Below, one piece after another: positions 36,257 through 48,499 of a DNA stretch of 64,000 nt. This DNA comes from Bilabrum cf. latius. Its lineage: Eukaryota. The stretch's first letter is position 1. Each line of letters opens with the position of its first letter. The position numbers were made by a program, and so were the translations under genes. Where the stretch lies: NCBI GenBank assembly GCA_965178125.1, contig OZ237735.1, forward strand, positions 496,001 through 560,000, given 5' to 3'. The notes below the pieces were generated by a model. The model was not told the origin of the DNA. It ran no database searches and saw nothing but the letters and a program-made list of their open reading frames with translations.

Positions 36257-39200
36257 ATGGCTTCGATCGAAAGTCTTTCCAGAGCACTTCGAGAGGATAG
36301 TAGTGATGATGAAGAAGCTGACTATGAGTTAGGCCATCGGGAAGCAACTGGACGAGAATGGATGAGCCAAGAGAGGCTCCCAGTGCGAGGCATTGACGGA
36401 CGGGTTAGAACAGCGGACCAACTTGCTGCATCAAAGGATAGGGCGTCCGCTCTCACATCAGGGAAAGAAATTCGACCGTTCTCTGGTATGACTGCTGCAT
36501 CTGCAGATTCTTCTAGCCAATCAGAAGTCGATTCTGATGATGAAGACTCTGAGGCTGCACAGCCTCGGCGCTTGCGCGAGGATATCAAGGATGCAGTTTC
36601 CTCTGGCAGAACGGCAGGGCAGTCTGAGCCATCCACTTAGTTCAGTTGGCACCGTTTAGCAGCATCCGATCGCGCTCGCTTGAGACACCAAGCGAAGCTC
36701 AGAATCGCGGGCCTTTGCGAGGCCCTTGTGGCAGATCCCGAAACGTCCGTCTTGGCGCCCAAACCGCCAGCTCCAGACGCAAGCGGGGACATCAAACGCA
36801 AACGCAAGAAGCGAAAGAGTCCCATCGTGCAGCTGCAAGCCTTCTGCGCCACAGATGACCCGGTCGTTCGGTCGCTCGCGCTGGCCTCGACCCTTGCAGT
36901 GATGCAGGACATCCTCCCGGGGTACCGGATCAGGCCGCCCACGCAGGCAGATCTAGAGGAGCAAAAACTGTCCAAGGACGTCCGAAGCGCATGGAAGTTT
37001 GAGCGCGCCCTCTTGGACGCGTACGAAAGCTACCTGTCGGCGCTGGGTGCCTGCATCGAGCTGCACCCTTCGGGCAAGGGCAAGCTGAGGAGAGATGCGG
37101 CGCTGAGCTTCAAAGGGGCCAAGCGACCGTCCTACAGATTGAGCTACGGTCCGAAGGCGCAACGCACCGTTGCGCTGACCGCCACGAAATGCCTGTGTGA
37201 ATTGCTCCAGTCGCACTAGCACTTCAATCACTCAGAGCTTGTGGTGAAGGCAGCAGTCGGGCTTGGAGACTGCGGGGAGCCCGAACTGGAGTCCCTGGCC
37301 CACGCAGCGATCAGGGAGATGTTTTCTATGGATCCCACCGGCTATGCATCCTCAGAGGCGGCGGAGGCCATCAGCAAGCGAGTCAAGAAGCGTGGGCCAC
37401 GCGTGAGTCTCGGTTTGCTTGATACGCTGGGCAAGCTGCGCATCCGCCGGCTGATTGCGGATGACAAAGCAGCCCGCCGCAAGAAAGACTAGCAAGAGGA
37501 CGGCGCGGGGTAGCGCCGCCCAGACAATGACGAGGTGGAAATCGCGCTTAAGGCCATGGATGCGGACGAGCGGCAGCTCCGAAAGCAGGCGAACGAGAAG
37601 GCGCTCAAAGCGGCCGTCACCGCCCTCTTCCGCCTGCTCAAGCACCCCAAGGGGACCAGCGTGCTTGGCCCAGTCCTGAACGCCCTTGGTCGATTCGTTC
37701 ACCTAATCGATGTCGAGGTGGCGGGCGATGTGCTGGCTGCTCTGCAGGACCTAACCGACAGAGCCACGCTTCCAGCAGTGGAGAGGGCCATCGCGGAGGG
37801 CGGCTTGTCAACAGGTGAAGACGGTGCTGGCGGTGAAACCGAAGGCATCCAAGCAGAAATCGATGCCGAGAGCAAGAAGGTCGCTGCTTTCGCCGCCGGG
37901 TCTTCGTCTGACTTGCAGGACGATCGAAGCGGCGCTGTGCTCAACGCAGATGAGCTGGCAGTGGTGCAGGACGGCGCAGGCGAGGCGAAAGCCAGGGTTC
38001 GCCGAGGGTCCAAGAAGCAGAGGGTTGGGAGGAGGCAGCACGTTTTGCTGAACGAGCAGCCCCTGGGACGCCTGCCTGTCCCGATCACGGTGGATCCAAC
38101 TGTCGCGATGGAGCTCGTGAGTGCTGCTGCGTGGATCATCGCAGGGCCTGGTTCGAGCCTCGGCATCGACAGCTCAACATTCAGCACCTTCCTGTATCGG
38201 TCCATGATGGCTGTTCCTAGCGGTGGCAAGAAAGCAGTGGGTAGCGCCTGCCGAGCCATCGCGCTGCAGCTGCTCAAGCGGCGTGAGCCAGACCCACAGG
38301 TATCTGCATCCTTCGCCAAGCGATGTCTTGTGATCTCCATGCAGGTGGATACGCGAAGCCAGGCTGCTCTCATCCAGCTGTTCCGACAGCTGGTTGGGTC
38401 ATACACAGAGTTGGAGCAGGTTCTGGATCGAGTTCAAGACAGGGTGCAGGGCGGGACGTACCAGATCGACGGCATGTCGCTGGAGAAATGCGCAGGGCTT
38501 GCAGCGCCAACGTTCGAGCTGGCCGATCTTGCTGTGCGATCTTGGCACCCAGCCATCCGGAAATACGCGATAGAGGCTCTGTCTAGGGCCGTGGTCTCGC
38601 CGGCTCATGCCCCGGTCGAGGTGATCAAGAGCGCCTCTCTGCAGATCCCCGACGGAGAGTGCGGGTTCGCTGGCATTCCGCCGGCAGCTTCCAAGGACGT
38701 GAGATTCGCCGATGTGGTGACGTCAGTGTCTGCCAGCGAGGTACCGAGCTGCACTCTGGCTTCTCGCTCTGAAGATGACTTGGCGCTGTACGAAGTTGAT
38801 GTGCCGGGGCTGAGCGCTGTTGGCAAGGACACCCTCGATGCAATCGACCGCTTGGCAGCTGGCAGCCCGTCTGCTTTCTTCTCCGGGTCTCCAGCTTATG
38901 CAGCAGCAGCAGCATGCACTGATCAAGCGTATTGGATTTCGCAAGAGGACGAGGATGCTCTGCTTGATGTGCTTGAGCCTATCGTTGCAACAGGAGCTTC
39001 TGTGCAGCAAACTGGTGCAGCGCTTTCGACGGTTGGTTCTGGTGCAAGCTCGGAGGATGCATCAGGCGCAGCCAATGGTAGTCAGAGACCTCAACTTGGT
39101 AAGCGAAAGAGAGGGTCACAAGCGAACTCGAGCTCCCCGGGTGGAACGGTTTACTCCGGCGCTAGTTCGGCAGGCACAGGCAATTCAGAAGGTGGCAAGG

Positions 39201-39550
39201 ATCGGGCAGCTACTGCGAGGGCGGGCAAAGCTCGCCGGGAAAAGGCGAGGAAGAGGAGGCGCAAGGAGGGAATCAAATAGTCTGCTGGCCCTCCCGCGAC
39301 TGTAGATGTCTACAAGTCCAAGCTGGCTGAGAAGTATGGCAAGCAGAAGCACAAGTGGGCTGGCTCTGTCGGCAAGCTGGGGAACACCAAGTCGTCGATT
39401 ATGGCCCCCGGGGTTGGTGCCATTGCGCGTTCCGCGCTGACGTCGGACGCCGGGAAACCCAGGCGGCGCAAGGCCTCCAAGGCAGAGAGGCTGCAGCAGA
39501 GGATCGCAGTGATGAAGGCAGGGCGCGATGCCATGCGGTATGGTACCTGA
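36257..39550 (+). CDS. NOC3L: Nucleolar complex protein 3; TAG at 36638, 37217, 37490, 39278
   Basis: ERLPVRGIDG, KLRIAGLCEALVADPE, VMQDILPGYRIRP, KLSKDVR..FERALL..Y, LCELL..HFN, LGRFVHLIDVE, ASFAKR, WHP. Ends TGA 39548-39550. Confidence 0.85.
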
Positions 39551-39597
39551 ACACGAGACGCAGTTCCATTGAGAGCTTCTTCACTGTTTCGCATCAC

Positions 39598-42500
39598 TCA
39601 TTTCGCAAGCCCTTTCAACGTCTTCTAGGCAGCAGTGTACTGCCCCTTGACCCTGAGCACTTTGGCCTTCGACGCCTCGAATACCTTCTCCGCCTCTGCC
39701 AGCTCGGCCTTCAGCGCCTCGCTAGCCTCGACCAACTTGGCAGCAGTCTCTTGCAGCTTACCGTCACCGGGGGCGCGCTTCGCACGGAAGTTGGCCATCT
39801 GAGCGTCCTTGCTGCGAGCCTCAGAGTCAGCCTTCAGCCTTTGCAGCGCCTCCTTCTGCTTCTTAAAAGCGCCCGCTAGCTACGTCAGCTCAGCCTTGAG
39901 CTCCTCCACAATGACTTTCACCGGCTTGGCTGGCTGATCGGCCGCGACAGGAGAGGCACTCGCACCGCCGGCGGCTCCACCGCGCGCTGCTGCCGCGCCG
40001 TCATCAGCAGCAGCTACTGCCGCAGATACGGCAGCGCTGTCCTCCTTGGCCTTGGCGACCTTCTCATCTCTCTCCATCATCTTCTTGCGCATCTCAATCA
40101 CCTTTCTCCGCTCCCTCATGCGCCTCTCCTCCTCAGCAGCCTTCCTAAACTCGCTGTCGTCGGTACGCAAGGCCTCAAGCAAGCGGTCCTTGTACCCTTC
40201 CAGGTCTTCGGGAAGCTTCCGCACGCCTCGGTTGCCGGGAACCTCCCACAGCTCGCATTTGCAGAGCTCAATGAGCCTAACGTCGTGCGTGACGAGAACA
40301 ACGCCGCCGCCGTAGGTGTTGATGGCGTCTGCGAGAGCGTCGATCGACTCCATGTCCAGGTGGTTGGTTGGCTCGTCGAAGAAAATCACGTGCATACCCA
40401 TGAAGCTGAGGTCGGCAAACACCACTCGGGCCTTCTATCCACCCGACAGGTCCCTGAACGGGATCTTGTGCGCGTGGCTCTCCAGTCCGAATCGCCCCAG
40501 CCGAGCACGAGCCTCACGCTCGGGCTTGTTGTACCTCTGTCCGAGCCACTCCGCCGGGGACATATCCACCTATCTCATGTCGACGAAATTGTCAACAAAG
40601 TGCTGCGAGTACCGACCGATGCGAAGGAACCGATTGTGGATCACCTCGCCCTCCAGCGGATCGATCTCCTTCATCATCAGGCGCAGCAAGGTCGTCTTGC
40701 CAACGCCATTGGGACCCACGATTGTAGCACGCGTGGTTTGATCGATGCCGATGTTGACGTTGTGGAACAACATGTCCTCATCGGTTGGAGGTGTCGTAGT
40801 TCCGTCCAGATGCCTCTTGGGGTACCCAAAGCAGACGTCACGCATCTCAATAACCTGGGAAGACAGGTCCTCACACTCGCCAAAGTCGAAGCGAACCATA
40901 TACTCTTGCGGTCTCTCCATCAGCGTCGGGCCCGCGGCACTGGTGGCTATGCTGGTGGTTGGTCCGTCATCTCCTCCGGCCTTGTCGCTTTTGCGCACTC
41001 GGCTGGCAACGGCTGCCTCAGCCTCTGCCCGCGACTTGCCAGACCGCAGCATCTGGCTGAGCTGCTTCTGCTGCTGATCGAACATGGTCTTCATCTTATC
41101 CAGATTTTGCCTGTACATGATCTTGAACTTCTCGAAGCCGCCTTCGTAGTACTTGAGCTTCTTGTGGTCCAGGTGGATGATGTGCGTCACTACGCTGTCG
41201 AGGAAGTCCTGGTCGTGAGAAACAACCAGCAGGGTATTGCGCCAGCCCTGCAAGTAGTCGTTAAGCCACAGAACAGCATTCAGATCCAAGTGGTTCGTGG
41301 GCTCATCCAGCATCAGCAGAGTTGGTTGCACGAAGAGAGCTCGCGCTAGGGAAATACGCATGCGCCACCCACCCGAGAAATGCTTAGTCGGTTGGTCTTG
41401 CATCGTGCGAGTGAAACCTAGTCCGTTGAGAATCTTTCTGGCCTCAGCTTCGGCGCTCTGTACCCTGGACCCCTGAATCTCGTCGTCAATCTCTTGTTGC
41501 TTCTCCAGCACGAACGTCTGCGTGGCATCCGCCGACATCACCTTGCTCTTACCCTTCTTGGTGCCACCGCCGCGGAGGAGAGGGTCCTCCAAAACGGGCA
41601 ACTGCGACCGAGCTGCGTTTGCCATGGGGCTGTCCTTGCCGTACTACTTGATGATCGATTCAATGGCCCTAGTTGCGCCGAGGAACGCTGCAGAGCCATC
41701 GCCCTCGGACTCAAGGGCGCCCTGCAGCATCGGTCCCATTGCCAGCAGCTCAAGCCGGCGCTGATCAGCAGAAAGCACTGCCTCGATAGCTGGTGTCATG
41801 TCCGCCTTCACCTCCTGCTCGACATAGAGCATGTCGATGGATTTCGGGATGCTCAGCCGACCTCGCGCCATGAGCTTCAGCAGTGTGGATTTGCCCTGCC
41901 CGTTTGGACCAACCACCCCGTACCTGTTCCCATGCGTAAGATGCAGTTCCGCGTCGTCAAACAACCTCTTGGAGCCCACTGAAACACTAAACTTCTCGAT
42001 CCTGACGTCTCTAGAGTGTTCAAGGAACGCCTCATCGACACCTACCTGATCACACACGAAGTTAGCTAGTTCGTCCAGCTTGCTAGCATTTCTTGCAGCA
42101 CGTTGCTTCGAATTGCCGAGCAGCTTGTCCCTAAACTTGGAATACTCCTTGCGTTCCTTATTCGACAGCTTTTTGCCGGCCTTGGCATTGCGCACCGCGC
42201 TGAGCAGCACGGGGTTATCCTCTTGCGCCGCAAGCTCCTCTTCGTCCATCTCTTCTTCAAAGTCCTCCGATGTTAAGTGGATCGCAGCGGACGCAGCTGC
42301 CGCCTCCCGTTCGCGCTCTGCAGCCTCATCATCAACATCACCACCGGCACCAGACATAGCCGGACGACTGGGCTCACCAGCTGAAATATCATCCTCATCA
42401 TCGTCTTCAGGTGCCGCCCGAGAAGCGGACCCATCCTCCTCATCGTCGCTGTCCACGGCTCCACGCTTGCCCTTGCCCTTCTTCCCCTTGCCCTTCTTCC

Positions 42501-44877
42501 CCTTCCCCTTGCCCTTCCCGCGCTTGCCAGCCCCCGCATCCTCATCCTCCTCATCATCATCACTGTCCAGCGTCAAGGCCCCGCCCTTTCGACGGCCAGA
42601 CAGCATGCTCACGTCGTCACTGTCTTCATCATCGTCGCTGTCCACGGCTCCACGCTTGCCCTTGCCCTTCTTCCCCTTCCCCTTGCCCTTCTTCCCCTTC
42701 CCCTTGCCCTTCCCGCGCTTGCCAGCCCCCGCATCCTCATCCTCCTCATCATCCTCTTCGGGTGCCGCCCGAGAAGCGGACCCATCCTCATCATCGTCGC
42801 TGTCCACGGCTCCACGCTTGCCCTTGCCGCGCTTCCCCTTGCCCTTCTTCCCCTTCCCCTTGCCCTTCCCGCGCTTGCCAGCCCCCGCACCCTCATCCTC
42901 CTCATCATCCTCTTCGGGTGCCGCCCGAGAAGCGGACCCATCCTCATCATCGTCGCTGTCCACGGCTCCACGCTTGCCCTTGCCGCGCTTCCCCTTGCCC
43001 TTCTTCCCCTTCCCCTTGCCCTTGCCCTTCCCGCGCTTGCCAGCCCCCGCATCCTCATCCTCCTCATCATCGTCACTGTCCAGCGTCAAGGCCCCGCCCT
43101 TTCGACGGCCAGACAGCATGCTCACGTCGTCACTGTCTTCATCATCGTCGCTGTCCACGGCTCCACGCTTGCCCTTCCCGCGCTTGCCCTTGCCCTTCTT
43201 CCCCTTCCCCTTGCCCTTCCCGCGCTTGCCAGCCCCCGCATCCTCATCCTCCTCATCATCGTCACTGTCCAGCGTCAAGGCCCCGCCCTTTCGACGGCCA
43301 GACAGCATGCTCACGTCGTCACTGTCTTCATCATCGTCGCTGTCCACGGCTCCACGCTTGCCCTTGCCCTTCTTCCCCTTGCCCTTCTTCCCCTTCCCCT
43401 TGCCCTTCCCGCGCTTGCCAGCCCCCGCATCCTCATCCTCCTCCTCATCATCGTCACTGTCCAGCGTCAAGGCCCCGCCCTTTCGACGGCCAGACAGCAT
43501 GCTCACGTCGTCACTATCTTCATCATCGTCGCTGTCCACGGCTCCACGCTTGCCCTTGCCCTTCTTCCCCTTGCCCTTCTTCCCCTTCCCCTTGCCCTTC
43601 CCGCGCTTGCCAGCCCCCGCATCCTCATCCTCCTCATCATCGTCACTGTCCAGCGTCAAGGCCCCGCCCTTTCGACGGCCAGACAGCATGCTCACGTCGT
43701 CACTGTCTTCATCATCGTCGCTGTCCACGGCTCCACGCTTGCCCTTGCCCTTCTTCCCCTTCCCCTTGCCCTTCTTCCCCTTCCCCTTGCCCTTCCCGCG
43801 CTTGCCAGCCCCCGCATCCTCATCCTCCTCATCATCCTCTTCGGGTGCCGCCCGAGAAGCGGACCCATCCTCATCATCGTCGCTGTCCACGGCTCCACGC
43901 TTGCCCTTGCCGCGCTTCCCCTTGCCCTTCTTCCCCTTCCCCTTGCCCTTCCCGCGCTTGCCAGCCCCCGCACCCTCATCCTCCTCATCATCCTCTTCGG
44001 GTGCCGCCCGAGAAGCGGACCCATCCTCATCATCGTCGCTGTCCACGGCTCCACGCTTGCCCTTGCCGCGCTTCCCCTTGCCCTTCTTCCCCTTCCCCTT
44101 GCCCTTGCCCTTCCCGCGCTTGCCAGCCCCCGCATCCTCATCCTCCTCATCATCGTCACTGTCCAGCGTCAAGGCCCCGCCCTTTCGACGGCCAGACAGC
44201 ATGCTCACGTCGTCACTGTCTTCATCATCGTCGCTGTCCACGGCTCCACGCTTGCCCTTCCCGCGCTTGCCCTTGCCCTTCTTCCCCTTCCCCTTGCCCT
44301 TCCCGCGCTTGCCAGCCCCCGCATCCTCATCCTCCTCATCATCATCACTGTCCAGCGTCAAGGCCCCGCCCTTTCGACGGCCAGACAGCATGCTCACGTC
44401 GTCACTGTCTTCATCATCGTCGCTGTCCACGGCTCCACGCTTGCCCTTGCCCTTCTTCCCCTTCCCCTTGCCCTTCTTCCCCTTCCCCTTGCCCTTCCCG
44501 CGCTTGCCATCCCCCGCATCCTCATCCTCCTCATCATCGTCACTGTCCAGCGTCAAGGCCCCGCCCTTTCGACGGCCAGACAGCATGCTCACGTCGTCAC
44601 TGTCTTCATCATCGTCGCTGTCCACGGCTCCACGCTTGCCCTTCCCGCGCTTGCCCTTGCCCTTCTTCCCCTTCCCCTTCCCCTTGGCCGCGCCTTTACC
44701 TTTCATGTCATGCCCAGGAACTGACTTTAGGTCATCGCTATCGCTGCCATTCTCTGCTGTCGAAGGGCCTGCGACATCTACTGAATCGAGAGCAGCTTGA
44801 CGTGCAGCACGTCCTGCCGGCAAGCCGTCATCGCTGTCATCACCCCTTCGCTTTCCTTTGCTCTTTCTCTTCGGCAT
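39598..44877 (-). CDS. ABC-F family ATPase (ABCF1-like) with a repeat-expanded K/G/D-rich N-terminus; TAG at 41644, 40570, 40435, 39880, ~39625
   Basis: Two nucleotide-binding domains: GPNGQGKSTLL, FSGGWRMRISLARALF..LDEPTNHLD and GPNGVGKTTLL, LSGG*KARVVFA..FDEPTNHLD. No TM domain. Ends TGA 39598. Confidence 0.92.
42410..44690. repeat. Coding tandem repeat array (two unit types, ~140-190 bp) with a ~1,083-bp higher-order duplication
   Basis: Near-identical units encode GKRGKGKGKGKKGKG..RGAVDSDDDEDSDDVSMLSGRRKGGALTLDSDDDEEDEDAGA or ..GSASRAAPEEDD. Identical alternative-frame ORFs at 42609-43076 and 43692-44159 are offset by 1,083 bp. Confidence 0.95.
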
Positions 44878-45503
44878 TCCTCAGATTCGAGCGATTGCTA
44901 CCGAGTACGTGGTTTGACGAAACTTGCGTTCTCTGGAGCAAGTGCGGAACCATTGGAAAGCTGAGATGCGCGGCGCCGAGATCACTGATCAGTGATCACT
45001 GATCAGCCCCCCGCAGCCAGAGGCCAGCGGCCAGCTCATGAGTCAAGGCCTGCTGCAGAACAGGTAGAAGCTCTCCTTTTCTTGGAATACTAAACTAACC
45101 GTCGTGTGTAATACTTTCACTTTCTCTGCCGCGGGTCAAGCTCATTCAAGTTGCAGGAACCCCTGCAACGTTTTAGTTATGCCAGCAAAGGAGTCGCTTT
45201 GCCATCCACTGTCAAAATGTAGTTCATATTTACTTGTTAGAGCACCAATGGCTGCTGCTGGTCAACCATGCTCGCGCCCGCCAATTATTTGCATCTTCAT
45301 CTTGAATAATAACACATGGGCAGTGGTGGTTGTAACCTCAAAATGATTGGTCTCCCGTCACCGTAAACTTGGCAACCTTGCTTACACGCTTGAGTTCTTC
45401 ACTCCTTTTTTCTTTGCTCTGCTTGTCAACAGCAGTGTTTTGTGAGCAGCTTCCGTATTGCTGTTAATTCCCTAAGGATTCAGCAACGGCTGTGGAGTTT
45501 CCA

Positions 45504-47672
45504 ATGGTCGGGGAGCAGCAAACCGCGGCCACCCAATAGAAGTCCGAAGAGGACAAGCTTGCCAATGCGGCCTGGCGCTGGCAGTATTTAGCCCTCGCAT
45601 GTTCTCTTTGCCTTCTGTGCGGTGGCGCTGTTTTCGGTTTTTCCATCCTGGAAGGCCCGCTGGCGGATGCAGGTGCTTTCATTGGCGACTGCTCTGAACC
45701 CGGCTGCGATGAGCAGCGGCTCGCGATAGGAACAGTGTATACAGTCGCTAGCGTCAGTGCATTTATTTTTGCCGTGGCGATGGGCGCCATGCTGGATCGA
45801 TTTGGCCCCAAAGTTACAGTAGCGGTCTCAACTGCGGGCTTTTCCGCCGGTGCCCTGCTGGTCGCCGTTGCTCTTACCACGAAGACGTGGTGGTTGCTCT
45901 ACCCTGGGATCGGACTGTTTGGTGTCATGTCTCAAGGCATCATTGCCCCGCTAGTTCCGACTTCAAACTTGTTTCCTGGCTCCGAGGCAATGGTGATTTC
46001 GGTAATCAACGGTGCCTTTGACGGATCAGTTCTCGTGTTCCTGTGCTTGAAAGAAATTGGGGCTGCTGGGAGTAATGCCATTGGTCTCGAGGGCGCATTC
46101 TTCGTGTACGCCGGGGTGTGTGCGGCCCTGTGCGTAGCTGTAATCGCGATCCTTCCGAACCAAGTGTTCGTGCCGCACGAGATCGACGATGTGCTCAACG
46201 GAGTCATTGCCGAAAAGGTTGTGAGTAGCATGTTGTCCGAGGAAGAATCGACAAAGGCAGGATGCCAAGATTCTCCGAAGGAATAGAACTCCCCCCGAGT
46301 GGCGCCCTCCTCCGGCGGCTCGTCGGGACTAGACTCCAAGGCAGCTCCTACCCCCGGCCAACCGCAAGCAGAGCCAGCCACTCTGCTACAGCCCGTGCAC
46401 AATGTCTCAGGTAGCATCCCTTCCACCGCTCAGCGGGCCGCAGAGCCTACGGTGGGGACAGCTGCCGCCGGTGCAGCAGGCACTAGAGGAGTTGCCAGTG
46501 CGGTGACCAAGACCGACGGAGAGGAAGGGGTTCCTGAGGGGGGCCCTGAGGGGGGGGGGCCTGCCGCTGCCCCCACCGGATCGGCAGGCAGTCTTGACGG
46601 AAGTGGCAGCAGCAGGGGTGAAGGCAGCAAGTAGGGGGTGATCCAGAGCGACGAAGGGTGGGACGAGGAGGGGAACAGCGCGGCAGCGCCTAGCCAGTCG
46701 GGGTGCGAGCGCTTCCTGGAAACGATCCAGTCCCCCGTGTTCATCGGGTACGCCCTGTTCTTCGCCACCAACTCGCTGTTCTACAACTACTACTTCTTGA
46801 CGCTGGGCACGAGGCTGCAGGCCAACGCGCTGATTGCAGAGGGTGAGCCCACGGACCTGCTGGTCCTGAACGGGAGGGAGCCGGGCCCAGAGGAGCAGGC
46901 TGCTCTGGACGACGCGGCGGCCGAGGCGGGCCGGCTGCTGGACATATTCGGGATTCTGTTGCCCGCATCGGCGGTGGTTGTGTTCCTCACGGGATACATC
47001 ATGGACACCGCAGGGCTCGTGTACGCATTCTATGGCCTCGTGTGCGTGGCCGTGACCTTCCAGGCGGTTGCCATGGTACCGGACCCTCCCATGCTGCAGA
47101 TTGCGACATTCATGCTGTTCGCTGTCTTCCGCGCCTTCATGTTCGGTTCGCTAGGAACGTTCCTCATCACGGAGTTCGGGGCTGAGCTGGTGGGAAAGCT
47201 GGTCGCGGTGATCGTTCCCTTTGGAGGCCTCATCAGCCTGCTGCAGTACCCCTTGTTCCAGCAGGCCATGCAGGTCTACAAGGCGGACTTCACGGTGACC
47301 TCCGGCAGCCTGATTGGCCTCGCCGTGCTGAGCGTGGCATTCCCCATCGGGTTTGGGTACCTGCACGGCTACAAGTGCAGGTACGTCAAGCTAGAGGAGG
47401 AGAAGCAGAGGAAGGTGGAGGCCGCCAAGAAGAGGTGGGGCAGGGTTCGGGCGGCTGTGCCGCGGGGTGCCTTCCGCGGGCTTGGTCGCAAGGACATCGT
47501 GCGAGTGGTGACTGCGACCAACCTGAGCAAGACCCTCAAGGATGCCGCGGAGGAGGCACAGAGGATCGCGGCGAGTGTGGCGAAGCGTGACGACGGCGGC
47601 AACGGAGGAGGAGGCGCAGCCGACCCGGCAGGCAGCAGGGCTACGGAGGAGGGAGGGGCAGCTGGTCAGTAA
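45504..47672 (+). CDS. MFS transporter, SLC43/LAT3-FMP42-like; TAG at 45537, 46284, 46632; ends TAA
   Basis: LCGGAVFGFSILE..L..AGAF..C..C.EQ, GAMLDRFGPK, SNLFPG..ISVINGAFDGS, FRAFMFG, LLQYPL; about 12 hydrophobic segments. Confidence 0.8.
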
Positions 47673-47890
47673 GTTCTGAACTGGACGCGGAACTGGCACG
47701 CTGCCGGGGGGGAGGTGCCACGATGCTACACAAATATGGACAGTCAGGCCCTTCGCACCACATGGCTTGGCAGGGTAGCACGGGCTAAAATGGGTCATTG
47801 AACCACAAAACGGCAATTCAAACTGCAATTATACAATCCAATGATTAGCCATAAAGTTGCAAGAAGCGTTAGTTATAGTTGAGGAGGGCT

Positions 47891-48351
47891 TCAGGCCTTC
47901 TCCGTCTTCTGGATCTCCACTCCGGCTCCTGGTGCCCGGTATGCAGTGATGTAGTGCGTCACCTCGGTTGCACCGTTGGCAGCAACATGGAGCTTGTACA
48001 TTACCCCTGCGACTACCTTGGTCTGGTACTTGAGCAGGGATACGCTGGAGACATCGCCGTCGTGCTCGGCAGACACTGCTTCCGTAAGCTGCGGCGACCA
48101 GGAATTTGCACAAGCAGGAGAGACGCAAAAATGAACTCATCGAGAAACTCGTTAAAAGGTGTGATTCTCTCTATTTTTCAGCAATGCACTTCGCTGCTGC
48201 CAACGCAGCGGACATGTAGAGCACGCGAGGTTGGACTAGCCGATCTTGCAGGACATTCAGCGTGGTATCGCCTCACCACGGCATCATCGAACTGAGACTT
48301 GATCTCATCATCAGCATCACGAATATCACTCCATCCACCGGTGACTGCCAT
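47891..48351 (-). CDS. Cystatin/stefin-like protease inhibitor; intron 48089-48276
   Basis: MAVTGGWSD N-terminal Gly motif and YQTKVVAGVMY first hairpin loop. GTGAGG..CGCAG intron; ends TGA. Confidence 0.72.
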
Positions 48352-48499
48352 AGTTGATTTTACTTCAAGTACGTTGATATGAGAAGAAAGCTCCATGGTG
48401 AAGAAGCGCCAGACTTGAATGTAACGTGTGAATAATCGTTTTTGGTCCAAATCGGTTTCCTGCAGATTCCGTGGAAGCCCAGTTGTGCAGATACCTAGG

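Noticed and set aside
40285-41349. 354-aa plus-strand ORF and similar antisense ORFs (27243-28253, 52034-53008, 54292-55449)
   Set aside because: They are opposite-strand shadows of GC3-rich genes with no recognisable motifs.
42410-44690. CRISPR array or non-coding satellite
   Set aside because: There are no unique spacers, and the units are in-frame parts of a protein-coding sequence.
42080-45002. Long plus-strand ORFs (906 aa and 863 aa)
   Set aside because: They are antisense shadows of the low-complexity coding repeat in ABCF.
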